From a virus (Duplodnaviria > Heunggongvirae > Uroviricota > Caudoviricetes), in the IMG/VR virus record IMGVR_UViG_3300027628_000007: 64,000 nt of DNA. The stretch is one strand, 5' to 3'. Position 1 is the first letter of the stretch. Each line of letters starts with the position of its first letter. The notes beneath the pieces are model-generated. The model made no database searches. It had not been told where the DNA came from and saw only the letters and a program-made list of their open reading frames with translations. A program made the translations under genes and the position numbers. This document shows, piece by piece, positions 1 to 8,839 of the stretch.

Positions 1-286
1 GACACCAATCTTCAATATATCTGTCGATATTACCTAATTCAAATACCTCTTCTGAAAGGAATAAATGTGTCATACGCATACCATGTATTGGTGTTCCCAC
101 TGGCATAATCACAATTCTATCCCAATTTTCAAATGCAAACTCATGAATATTGCGTGTCTGCTTTTCATATTTCAAACTCGTTCCTTTTTCTAAGATAGTT
201 GTTTTCAATGCGTTAATCATCTTTTCTTTTGCAGTGAAGCTTGCAAGGTCATTCACAGAATATAAAACTAAAATACTTTCTCTCAT
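1..286 (-). CDS. hypothetical protein, 3-prime end truncated by window edge (ATG at 286..284, frame continues to position 1)
   Basis: Manual translation of the minus strand gives MRESILVLYSVNDLASFTAKEKMINALKTT...IVIMPVGTPIHGMRMTHLFLSEEVFELGNIDRYIEDWC with no stop before the edge. The start overlaps the stop of the upstream gene (TAATATG). Confidence 0.5.
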   Translation of the reverse strand, partial: MRESILVLYSVNDLASFTAKEKMINALKTTILEKGTSLKYEKQTRNIHEFAFENWDRIVIMPVGTPIHGMRMTHLFLSEEVFELGNIDRYIEDWC

Positions 287-287
287 A

Positions 288-581
288 TTATTTCTCCATT
301 TCTACAATCTCAATTTGAGTGTTATTGATAATCCATTCTCTAGATTCATCACTAACTGTATCATGCAGTACAGCTTTCTCAACTGTAGACCCTTTAACTT
401 CAAATGTAAAGTTCTGGTTGATACGCAAAACTGTAATCCTTTGGTCAATACCTCTCATCTTGTTATAAGGTATCTGACTGCCAACGATAATGGCAACGTT
501 ATGCTTAATAGCATAACGCACCATTTCTAAATCTCCATCGACTTTTTCCTTTTTACCAAATAGTCGTTTGAAGAAGTTCAT
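288..581 (-). CDS. hypothetical protein (97 aa)
   Basis: ORF track; compact minus-strand gene array; start overlaps the stop of the upstream gene. Confidence 0.6.
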   Translation of the reverse strand: MNFFKRLFGKKEKVDGDLEMVRYAIKHNVAIIVGSQIPYNKMRGIDQRITVLRINQNFTFEVKGSTVEKAVLHDTVSDESREWIINNTQIEIVEMEK

Positions 582-838
582 TATTCCACAACCTCAATAG
601 ATGGTACTAATAGATATTCAGTATTCTTTGTAACTAATTTAACTACATTTCTATGAATGAAAACATCCTCTATAGTGGATGTTTCGACAACCATTAGTGC
701 ATCTTCTACATTCACTAATTTTGCAGTGCTACCAATCAGCATTGATTCAATGAAATATCTACGTGCTTGTCGTCTTTCATTTCTAATCTCATTACCTAAT
801 CTATCATACATACCTTCAATACGATATACTAACTTCAT
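581..838 (-). CDS. hypothetical protein; start moved to the internal ATG (MKLVYR...) 5 nt after the ligase stop, preceded by GGAGAG
   Basis: The ORF-track start at 934 would overlap the ligase gene by 92 nt. The internal ATG at 838 has a good RBS. Confidence 0.5.
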   Translation of the reverse strand: MKLVYRIEGMYDRLGNEIRNERRQARRYFIESMLIGSTAKLVNVEDALMVVETSTIEDVFIHRNVVKLVTKNTEYLLVPSIEVVE

Positions 839-842
839 ACTA

Positions 843-2150
843 TCACTCTCCATAGTTAATGTCTTCAATGCCTTTATCATGTCGAATACCTTTGAATACA
901 GGGAAACGAAGTGACAGTTGACCAGTTTTCTCATCTGTTGATTCTTCGAAGAATTGTACTTCGATGATTTTTCCTACAATCTCATCTGGATTGTTGATGA
1001 ATTTTTGACGTTCATCAATTGTAAATCCACTACCACAACCTACTAAATTACCTTTATACTCAACATTAATACGACCTAGCAATCCTTCAAATTGACCGTC
1101 AATAGATTTCTCTACACTCATACATAGAAGGTCTGCTGTCTTAAATTTCTTGACTTTTAATAGACCGTCAGTACGTTTGTTGAGATATAAACCATCAGCA
1201 GTGTTGACCATTAATCCTTCATGACCGTTCTCTTCTACCCACTTCATGAAGTGTGCAATCATTTCTTTATTTGTTCCTTCATACAATACTGGTAGAATAT
1301 GGATATTAGCTTGACCTGCTACATGTTGTTCTAGCACGCCCAATTGATTTCTACGCTTCTCATATGTAAGTTTAGATTTTCCATCGTAAAACTCTGCTAC
1401 TGGTAACATATCAAAGATATGAAACTCTAAATCTTTCTTTTCACCATCTTTACGCACAACCTTTTGTGTAGCTCTGAATAGCTTATCAGATGGTAAGTTC
1501 TCTGTATTGATAAGTAAAAGCTCTCCATCATATACATATCCTTCTGGTAGATTCATAAACTGTGCTTCTAAATCAACCATGTCAAAGATTGGTTGCCCTT
1601 GACGTGTGAAGAATTTAATTGTATTGCCTTCACGAATCGCAACACATCGGTTTCCATCCAGTTTAAGAGTGATAAAGAATTTACCTGTTACTTTCGCTTC
1701 TTTCTTAGCAAATGATTCTGCTAACATTACAGCGAATGCAGGAATCGTACCTTTGCCGTAAATCTTATTTACAGTCTTTTCAGAGATTCCAAGTTTTAAA
1801 TCCTTTGTTACAAACTTCTTGATAAACTCTGCAATATGTTCTTCATGCTTATTAGCAAACTCTTGAATCATATGTATAGTAAAATCACGACCACTATTGT
1901 TTTCTTCTACATATGTAAGTAAGTGGTTAAAGTCTTGGATTGGTTGATAGTTCGCATCGCCTTTCAACACAATTTCTTTACTCATCTTCTTAGTTGAGAT
2001 ACCTGTTGTGATGAATGAATTAAGAAGGAAGTTTAGGGCTTTGAGAATATCCTCATCACCCTTATGTCGTTTTAAGATAGCTTCCTTACCTGTCTTTGCA
2101 GACGTTTCTTGTAGCTGTGAAAATACACCATAGATTTTATTGATATCCAA
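843..2150 (-). CDS. ATP-dependent DNA ligase (T4 gp30-like)
   Basis: Motif I KLDGNR (adenylation lysine), motif V EGLMVN...LLKVKK. The N-terminus INKIYGVFSQL...KEAILKRH resembles the T4 ligase N-terminus. Apparent TTG start. Confidence 0.85.
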   Translation of the reverse strand: MDINKIYGVFSQLQETSAKTGKEAILKRHKGDEDILKALNFLLNSFITTGISTKKMSKEIVLKGDANYQPIQDFNHLLTYVEENNSGRDFTIHMIQEFANKHEEHIAEFIKKFVTKDLKLGISEKTVNKIYGKGTIPAFAVMLAESFAKKEAKVTGKFFITLKLDGNRCVAIREGNTIKFFTRQGQPIFDMVDLEAQFMNLPEGYVYDGELLLINTENLPSDKLFRATQKVVRKDGEKKDLEFHIFDMLPVAEFYDGKSKLTYEKRRNQLGVLEQHVAGQANIHILPVLYEGTNKEMIAHFMKWVEENGHEGLMVNTADGLYLNKRTDGLLKVKKFKTADLLCMSVEKSIDGQFEGLLGRINVEYKGNLVGCGSGFTIDERQKFINNPDEIVGKIIEVQFFEESTDEKTGQLSLRFPVFKGIRHDKGIEDINYGE

Positions 2151-2168
2151 AATTCAATTACCCCTTTA

Positions 2169-2774
2169 TTATTTATTTCGTTTTGTTGTGATTAGTTCAT
2201 CCACTAATCCATAGTTGAATGCATCTGTTCCAGAGAAGTACCAATCAGAATGATATTTGTTTTTCTCATCCATGATATGTTTTGGAAGATTGGACACAGA
2301 TAGCAAGTACCCATCATATGTATCTTGAAGATTTTGAATCTCAACTAAATCATCTTTTAATTGAGTTAGTTTTCCATGAAGACCTGTTGCAACCTCATGG
2401 TACATGAATCGTGCCATTGGGTGAGCAAAGCGTTTGTGACCTGCTGAAAAGATTACTAATCCTGCACTCATTGCTTTGCTGTAGCAGTATGTGTAAACTG
2501 GTGTTTCAGATGAGTCAATCACTGCTGTTAATCCAAATCCGTCATATGCACTTCCACCATATGAGCTAACAGTTAAATGGATTGGCTCACGCACATAGCT
2601 AGGGTCTTCTTTCTGTTTCTTATCATCGTGGCGATTAACTGCTAGAATACCAGTGACGATATCTTTAACAGAGGATTCAGTAACATTTTCATTCAAGATG
2701 AAATCACGTTTAATCGTAGATGTTGATGCCTTTGTCTCTTGGTTTTTAGTCTCGTTATTTGTATTGTTTGTCAT
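2169..2774 (-). CDS. ClpP-family (S14) serine peptidase homolog
   Basis: GxAxSAG-type nucleophile context (KAMSAGLVIFSAG) and an MYHEV segment corresponding to the ClpP MIHQP histidine region. Confidence 0.65.
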   Translation of the reverse strand: MTNNTNNETKNQETKASTSTIKRDFILNENVTESSVKDIVTGILAVNRHDDKKQKEDPSYVREPIHLTVSSYGGSAYDGFGLTAVIDSSETPVYTYCYSKAMSAGLVIFSAGHKRFAHPMARFMYHEVATGLHGKLTQLKDDLVEIQNLQDTYDGYLLSVSNLPKHIMDEKNKYHSDWYFSGTDAFNYGLVDELITTKRNK

Positions 2775-2810
2775 ATTACATTCCCCTTTATCATATAGTT
2801 TAGTATGGTA

Positions 2811-3104
2811 TTAGTTTTGATGTTCTCTGAATGGTTCTGGTTTTACAGTGGCTCTATCAATATTGCTTGACCTAAGGATTAACTCTTCACCAGTTGGAGA
2901 TTCAGTACCAAACCATTCACGCTGTTCAAGCAGGGTGATAATTCTATCAGATGCTTCATCTGCATTCTCCCAATTAACTGCAAGACCCTCTACATAACTA
3001 CCGTCTTTCATTGCAAAGATAACTATGTAGTCAAAGGTCGGCTTAACCTCTTCAATTTTCTCTTCTTCCTTTTTACCAAACCACTTTTTAAATGTTTCAA
3101 TCAT
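2811..3104 (-). CDS. hypothetical protein (97 aa)
   Basis: ORF track; RBS present. Confidence 0.6.
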   Translation of the reverse strand: MIETFKKWFGKKEEEKIEEVKPTFDYIVIFAMKDGSYVEGLAVNWENADEASDRIITLLEQREWFGTESPTGEELILRSSNIDRATVKPEPFREHQN

Positions 3105-3116
3105 TCCAATTCCTCC

Positions 3117-4115
3117 TTAGTGTGCTAGAGTATCTGCTTCACGCAGTAACTCTAGTTTGTCAAACATATCTTTTCCTACTTGTTTCATAAGCTTGTCACG
3201 ATTAGCTCTTTCATCAAGTAAGTACATATGAAACTGAATCAGAGTTGTTGCTTGATGTATAAATGCGGTATTAAATCCTAGTCGTTTAAGGACATGCACT
3301 GCTAGTTGAGCAGAGACATGTTCATGACCAATGAAGTTTGCATATCTAGATGGCTCACCTTTACGATTCTTAAAGTTCTTACAGAAATGCTTACCTGTAT
3401 CATGGAGCATCGCAACCCACAACATAAGCTCTTTATCTTGACCATGATAGTTATTGAATACATAGTCGTAAACGTGATATGTATGACGGCTTACAGAGAA
3501 TGCGTGATACTTTGAATCTTGTGCCATATCTAAGATGTATATGAATATTTCTGGAATAACTCTTGCAAGTTCCTCCATGATTCTGTATCCCATGTTATTT
3601 AACATGACTTGCTTAGTTATGTATTCTCTTTGAGCTTCTGGGAAGTTCTTATCTACAAAGCTGTAATCAAACTCAATCTCATCCCAACCTTCACTAAAGA
3701 TAGGTACTTGAAGATTTTTGTACATCTTTTTAATCACATCATATGGTACAGTTCTTTCTCTCACATGATTGAATGTTACTGCTGTTTTGAATGGAGTTGT
3801 CATGTAAACAACTTTCTTATGTACGCCTTTAGGTAATTGTTGCAGTAATCCTTTTCGCTTCTTACGACTGATATTAGTAGCATCATAGATTACGCTTTGC
3901 CCATCTTTCAACGCTTTCTTTGTACGTTTCGCCATTTCTTGGAAAATCATTGCAGGGTCGGCTTGGTCATTAACATCTCCATGAATCTCTTGTCGAAGAT
4001 TGTCAGATGATAACCAAAGTGCATCATCCCCATTTTCATTTGCATATGTGGACTTCCCAGATGCAGGAAGACCCACTAGCATTGTAAATGTTGGTTTAAA
4101 GATTTCGATTTCCAT
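3117..4115 (-). CDS. bifunctional polynucleotide 5-prime kinase (P-loop) / HD-domain phosphoesterase (RNA/DNA end-healing enzyme)
   Basis: N-terminal Walker A GLPASGKST followed by an SSD catalytic Asp context, as in T4 Pnk-type kinases. C-terminal HD signature (H...HDTGKH...GHEH...D). Confidence 0.7.
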   Translation of the reverse strand: MEIEIFKPTFTMLVGLPASGKSTYANENGDDALWLSSDNLRQEIHGDVNDQADPAMIFQEMAKRTKKALKDGQSVIYDATNISRKKRKGLLQQLPKGVHKKVVYMTTPFKTAVTFNHVRERTVPYDVIKKMYKNLQVPIFSEGWDEIEFDYSFVDKNFPEAQREYITKQVMLNNMGYRIMEELARVIPEIFIYILDMAQDSKYHAFSVSRHTYHVYDYVFNNYHGQDKELMLWVAMLHDTGKHFCKNFKNRKGEPSRYANFIGHEHVSAQLAVHVLKRLGFNTAFIHQATTLIQFHMYLLDERANRDKLMKQVGKDMFDKLELLREADTLAH

Positions 4116-4171
4116 TTAATCACTCCTATGTATGTATTATATCATTATTTTTTGTTTTTGTGCAAGCATTT

Positions 4172-5449
4172 TTATTCTGTTGCTGATTCTTCTTCTTCAA
4201 TGTCAAGGACATCATCTGCTTTAATGATACCTTCTAAGACTTTGAAGTTAAATGACTTCTGTTTGAATGCAGAGAATTTCTCTCTGTTCTCAATACGTAC
4301 AATTACACCTTCACGTAAATGTGTTTTACCGATTGGGTCTGCACCATCTACATGAGCGTTTACACGTTTCATCAAGTCATCAGCAGTTGTAAACTTAAAT
4401 GAATCTAACTCTGGGCAAATCTTAACTCCCATTTGTTCACAACGAAGTTTAACTAAGTGCCAAGGGTACTCAACAACCTGTCCATCTTCGTTCGTCATTG
4501 TCATGCGGTATACATAAATATCGCTTTGACCTACTCCACAACCGTATGTAAATCGTGTCTTATCGCCATATGTCTTGATAAACTCTTTATCTTTCGTTTT
4601 CTTATTATCGCATTCTGGCATAATAAGTGTATCTTGGTTTACATATCCTACAACTTCATAGAATACTTCTTCACCTTTATGTAATTTACCGTCAAAGAAA
4701 TCATGCCATTGCTTTCTAAACTCGTTGCTACCGTAGTAACCGCCACCAAATTGCGTAGTGTTTAAAGTCACACGTCTAGTACCTGTTACATAATCCCAAA
4801 CTTTTGTTGGCTTAGTCTTGATGCCAATCTTATTTAAGAATTTAGCAAACTTTGATTTATGCTCTTTGACTGTGTGAGCAGTACGTTGAGATGTTCCATG
4901 AAGTTTTAAAGAGATTACACAGTCATCGCCTTCTTTGAAGCTACGAGTATTGTAAGCTAGTTGAGCTGTATCAATATGCTGTTCAAAGAATGGGTAATTA
5001 ACCACATCTTCTTTCTTTTGCTTCTCTTTGTTCTTGCCTTGTGGCATATCTTTTCGTGGTTTAGACTTTGGTACATACTTCTCACAGATTACCACACCTT
5101 TTAAGATATCAATTGTGTCACCCTCTTTAAGAGTATCAATTTTGACAAACTTTGCAAGAGATGTGATTGGCATGAATAAACCATCTGATTTCTCTCCACG
5201 TAAACGGATTGTAGTTACATGACGCTTTTCGTCATCTAAGTAACCGCCTTGTGTACGAAGTAATTTGTTTTCTTCCGCATATTCTAGACCTAATTTACCG
5301 TCTGTAGGGAAGTAAACACCTAAGTCTCCTTCTTTTACATCTAAGCTAACAATTACATCGTTACCGAATAGTTCTGCAACTTGTAATCTATCTGCATTAG
5401 AATGCTTTCGTAGTTTTTTAACAGTTGTAATATAAGCTTGGTAAGCCAT
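4172..5449 (-). CDS. RNA ligase, Rnl2-like nucleotidyltransferase domain with N-terminal OB-like domain
   Basis: Motif I KLHG (the KxHG form is typical of Rnl2/RNA-editing ligases), motif III FYEVVG, motif IV EGVIVR, motif V KQKSFNFK. The window already has a separate DNA ligase. Adjacent to the Pnk-HD gene. Confidence 0.7.
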   Translation of the reverse strand: MAYQAYITTVKKLRKHSNADRLQVAELFGNDVIVSLDVKEGDLGVYFPTDGKLGLEYAEENKLLRTQGGYLDDEKRHVTTIRLRGEKSDGLFMPITSLAKFVKIDTLKEGDTIDILKGVVICEKYVPKSKPRKDMPQGKNKEKQKKEDVVNYPFFEQHIDTAQLAYNTRSFKEGDDCVISLKLHGTSQRTAHTVKEHKSKFAKFLNKIGIKTKPTKVWDYVTGTRRVTLNTTQFGGGYYGSNEFRKQWHDFFDGKLHKGEEVFYEVVGYVNQDTLIMPECDNKKTKDKEFIKTYGDKTRFTYGCGVGQSDIYVYRMTMTNEDGQVVEYPWHLVKLRCEQMGVKICPELDSFKFTTADDLMKRVNAHVDGADPIGKTHLREGVIVRIENREKFSAFKQKSFNFKVLEGIIKADDVLDIEEEESATE

Positions 5450-5502
5450 TTAACAACACTCCTTAATGTTTTTTTATTTGTTTGTTTCAACCTTATGAAT
5501 TT

Positions 5503-5531
5503 ATTATATCATTATCTTTTGCTCTTGTCTA
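5503..5531 (-). promoter_or_regulatory. sigmaA-type promoter, family copy (TAGACA-17-TGaTATAAT), upstream of RNA ligase gene
   Basis: Plus-strand text attata-tcattatcttttgctcttg-tctaca; minus strand reads -35/-10 with conserved spacer. Confidence 0.6.
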
Positions 5532-5750
5532 CAAAAAAAGAAAAGTTTTTTATTTTTCTTTTTTATTTTCTCTATCTTACGAAAATTAACCAACATAGAC
5601 CGATGGAAAATAGAGCTATTAGTGCACCGTATCCTAAGAAACATATTATAAAAAACATTACTTTAAGATACTCTTGCCACAACTCACGCATGACAATCAC
5701 CTCCCATATTTTTCTTTATTGTAGCAAAAATTGGATTAGAAGTCAATACT

Positions 5751-6620
5751 CTAATCCAATAATTTTGATAAATCTACGACACCATATCCTAAGTTATAGC
5801 TGTGGTCATGATTACCCATATTCATAATTTTCTCTTTTACTTGTGCAGGTGTTAACTCAATACCTTGATTACGGTTGTGAGAAATAAGCAATGCGATTGC
5901 TCCTGCTACTAATGGTGAAGCCATAGATGTTCCAGACATCCTAGCATACTTGCCATCTTTAAATGTGCTTAATACATCAATTGCAGGTGCAGAGATATCT
6001 ACTTGTGGTGCTCTATTAGAGAATGGACAATGATTTAAATCTTTGTCAACTCCACCTACTGCAAATACTTCATCCATAAATGCAGGATAATCCACTTCTG
6101 GCAATCCCATATTTCCTACTGCACATACAATCTTAATTCCTTGTGCATGAGCTTCTTCTAATCGTTCTTGAAGTCGTACTGGAAGACCTCCACGAACGCC
6201 TAGACTCATACATAATACATCTACTTTGAAGTTGATAGCTAATGTAATTCCATCCATAACACTCGCCATACTGCCTTCGCCTTTTTCGTCTAATACTTTT
6301 GCAATATATAAATCAACATTAGGTGCAACGCCTGTCTTCGCACCTGCAATTAATCCTGCAACATGAGTTCCATGACCATACTCATCTGTGATATCATTTG
6401 TTTTTTCAAACATATTTATACCGTACTTGACTTTTCCTTTTAGGTCTGGATGGTTCTCATCCATTCCAGTATCAATCACCATAACTTTAACGCCTTCGCC
6501 TTTTGTTTTCTTCCAAGCTTCTTTGACGTTAATAGCTTTTAAACTCCAATCAAGCCCTTTGGGTAATTTATCCAATACTTCAATATTCTTAGTTTCATTT
6601 TGTGTCATCATATGTTGCAC
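5751..6620 (-). CDS. subtilisin-like serine protease (peptidase S8)
   Basis: Catalytic triad contexts VIDTGMD (Asp), HGTHVAG (His), GTSMASP (Ser). Confidence 0.9.
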   Translation of the reverse strand: MQHMMTQNETKNIEVLDKLPKGLDWSLKAINVKEAWKKTKGEGVKVMVIDTGMDENHPDLKGKVKYGINMFEKTNDITDEYGHGTHVAGLIAGAKTGVAPNVDLYIAKVLDEKGEGSMASVMDGITLAINFKVDVLCMSLGVRGGLPVRLQERLEEAHAQGIKIVCAVGNMGLPEVDYPAFMDEVFAVGGVDKDLNHCPFSNRAPQVDISAPAIDVLSTFKDGKYARMSGTSMASPLVAGAIALLISHNRNQGIELTPAQVKEKIMNMGNHDHSYNLGYGVVDLSKLLD

Positions 6621-6624
6621 ACTC

Positions 6625-6900
6625 CTATTTGCTTTCTTTGATTGTTACAGTTCCTTCCATAACTCCATATGTACTATCTTCTTTAAACTTATAAGTCTCT
6701 GCTTTATCTTGTTCTGTCATTGGACGTGTAAGATACCAAAGAGCAGATTCTTTCCATGTGATATTAACTAGCTTTTCACCTTTAGGGAGATTGACTGTGT
6801 AACTTCCACCAAAACTCTTCGCTCCTATTTGACATCCAGAAAGACCTACTAAACCTGCAATTGCTGTTAATCCGATTAAAAACTTTTTCATCATAATCAC
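6625..6900 (-). CDS. lipoprotein (signal peptide with lipobox LSGC)
   Basis: MIMMKKFLIGLTAIAGLVGLSGC: hydrophobic h-region followed by Cys. Confidence 0.7.
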   Translation of the reverse strand: MIMMKKFLIGLTAIAGLVGLSGCQIGAKSFGGSYTVNLPKGEKLVNITWKESALWYLTRPMTEQDKAETYKFKEDSTYGVMEGTVTIKESK

Positions 6901-7523
6901 TCCTTATCAGTATCTAGCGGTGCTAGTAATTTAAATTCACTCTTTAAACTATTGTAAATTGGTTGGAAGAATTTCTTAATTGTATCCCAATCCTTCATAG
7001 CCATAACACTTCCTAAGAAACGGTTTGCACATTCGTAATCTACGATTCTACCATGCTTTGCAATTTGAATCCCAAACATCAAGATTCTGATTGAATGAAA
7101 CATGCTCTTTTTGCCGATATAATCTTCACCAATCGCTAATTTCTTTTTACATTTAACAAAACTGTTAGAAGAAATCCCAGAGATATTTCTACGTAATGCT
7201 TCTAGATTTGGTTCAAAATGCTCACGATATTTACTATCTTCTTTTTGGAAGATACATTCTAGGTAGCTAATATGTTGCTCTTTAATCTTCTTAATAAACA
7301 GTGCTTCGCTTACTACGTGAATAGAGACATCATCACGCTCAAACGTATAATCAAGTTCTAGGTCATGACTGTCTGCAACAGCCATGAAATCATAATCTGA
7401 ATCCGCATTGTCAGTTCCGTAGACCCTAGAGCCATACGGATAGATTGCCAATAGTTTTTCATTAATGTTTCTTTTTGTTTCCCACATGTTATCACTCCTA
7501 TAGTTGACCCATTGCGTAGTCAT
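6897..7523 (-). CDS. minimal nucleotidyltransferase (Pol-beta superfamily, MNT-like)
   Basis: hGS...G...SDYDF motif (IYPYGSRVYGTDNADSDYDFMAV). Confidence 0.65.
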   Translation of the reverse strand: MTTQWVNYRSDNMWETKRNINEKLLAIYPYGSRVYGTDNADSDYDFMAVADSHDLELDYTFERDDVSIHVVSEALFIKKIKEQHISYLECIFQKEDSKYREHFEPNLEALRRNISGISSNSFVKCKKKLAIGEDYIGKKSMFHSIRILMFGIQIAKHGRIVDYECANRFLGSVMAMKDWDTIKKFFQPIYNSLKSEFKLLAPLDTDKE

Positions 7524-8217
7524 AATGTTCTTTTAATTTAATGAAGTCTTTCTCATTTCCTCCCATATCTGGGTGATGCTTTTTAGCTAATTTTCTGTAA
7601 GCTTTTTTGACATCATCTTTCGTTGCCCCTCTAGACAATCCTAAGAATTTCAATGCAGAATCAAGTCGAGATGTGTAAGATTGCTGTTGAGTTTGACTGT
7701 TGAATCCACGACTATATTGTTGCTTTTGTCGTCCAAAGAAGTCTCTATAAATTCTTTCCCATTCTTCATTCGTTCTTCTATCCTGTTCCTCATACATCTT
7801 TCTTCTTCTCTCTTCCTGTCGTCTTCTTTCTTCTGCTTTCATTCTTTCCCATTCTCTTTGTATTCTCTCACGCTCTGCACGCTGTTTTCTCATGTATTCC
7901 TCATGCTCACGCTGTTTAGCTTCACGTTCTGCCTGCCTACGCTTTTCTTCCTGTTCCCATTGTATCTCTCGACCCTCTCTGCCTACGTTATGTATAATTG
8001 TTAGGTTGCCTAGAATAATAGGTATCCAGATAAACATAGAAAGCGTAAAGATAGCGGATGATACAAAGAATATAGAGAAGATATGTAAGATAAAGAATAT
8101 CATAGGTGTAAACGTTGCAATGAAACTCTCATTAGCATCCATTGCAATATCGTATTTCTTAGCACTTCCATTATACAGATGGTAATAAAACCTAAACATC
8201 GAAAAATATTTCTTCAT
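7498..8217 (-). CDS. membrane protein with Arg/Glu-rich linker and C-terminal J domain (DnaJ-like, HPD motif)
   Basis: C-terminus KKAYRKLAKKHHPDMGGNEKDFIKLKEHYDYA; two TM helices near the N-terminus. The track start at 8247 is TTG; the ATG at 8217 with AAAGGAGTG is preferred. Confidence 0.75.
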   Translation of the reverse strand: MKKYFSMFRFYYHLYNGSAKKYDIAMDANESFIATFTPMIFFILHIFSIFFVSSAIFTLSMFIWIPIILGNLTIIHNVGREGREIQWEQEEKRRQAEREAKQREHEEYMRKQRAERERIQREWERMKAEERRRQEERRRKMYEEQDRRTNEEWERIYRDFFGRQKQQYSRGFNSQTQQQSYTSRLDSALKFLGLSRGATKDDVKKAYRKLAKKHHPDMGGNEKDFIKLKEHYDYAMGQL

Positions 8218-8246
8218 GTTATTCACTCCTTTATGTTTGTAAACCA

Positions 8247-8275
8247 ATTATATCATTATCATTTATGTTTGTCCA
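8247..8275 (-). promoter_or_regulatory. sigmaA-type promoter (TGGACA-17-TATAAT), upstream of J-domain gene
   Basis: Conserved spacer ...AAATGATAATGA TATAAT. Confidence 0.6.
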
Positions 8276-8287
8276 TATCATTTCTCC

Positions 8288-8437
8288 TTATTTATTAAAT
8301 TTTTTCAAAGCCCTAAACTTATTCCATTTACTTTTTACAGTCAATGATATAACAGGGATTGCATAATATAAAGACAAGAATCCCCAAGGGTCGGCAAACA
8401 ATATTGTTAAAAACAAACCCACTATTAACCAAGTCAT
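8288..8437 (-). CDS. small membrane peptide (about 49 aa), not in ORF track
   Basis: Strong RBS AAGGAGGAAcgtaaATG; single TM (MTWLIVGLFLTILFADPWGF...). Coordinates approximate. Confidence 0.4.
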   Translation of the reverse strand: MTWLIVGLFLTILFADPWGFLSLYYAIPVISLTVKSKWNKFRALKKFNK

Positions 8438-8575
8438 TTACGTTCCTCCTTTATAATTGGGTGACCTAACAGCGTACTACACTTACAATTGTTCGTGCTT
8501 GGGTTTTACCATATGTATGATGCAGGGTTTCTGGTTTGCCACCTAGCCTACTCCAAACCCTTTTTCGGCAGGATA

Positions 8576-8827
8576 TTATTGCTCTGTTGTTGGTGGTTTT
8601 GGTATTAATGCATCAATTCGTGCGATGACTTCTTGCCACTCTCTGATATCTCCAAATGCAACTTCCATTTCCCATTCTAGACGATTGATTTCTTTTTGTT
8701 TTTCTGCAATCTCATTTTGATAATGAGTTACAAGTTCTTCGTTATCTTTCATTTTCATTACTGCATAATCACGAAGACCTCCATCAATTTCTTCTTTTAA
8801 CTTCTCATCTGTCCAATCTTTAAACAT
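8576..8827 (-). CDS. hypothetical protein (coiled-coil)
   Basis: ORF track. Confidence 0.6.
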   Translation of the reverse strand: MFKDWTDEKLKEEIDGGLRDYAVMKMKDNEELVTHYQNEIAEKQKEINRLEWEMEVAFGDIREWQEVIARIDALIPKPPTTEQ

Positions 8828-8839
8828 ATTAACACTCCT

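Noticed and set aside
2169-2774. ClpP homolog interpreted as prohead protease
   Set aside because: No capsid, portal or scaffold genes are nearby and it sits inside the ligase/RNA-repair operon, so a virion-maturation role is not supported by context and is left open.
4136-4166. Promoter-family copy between RNA ligase and Pnk-HD genes
   Set aside because: -35 is TTGCAC with an 18-bp spacer, which is weak. The two genes are probably co-transcribed from 5503..5531.
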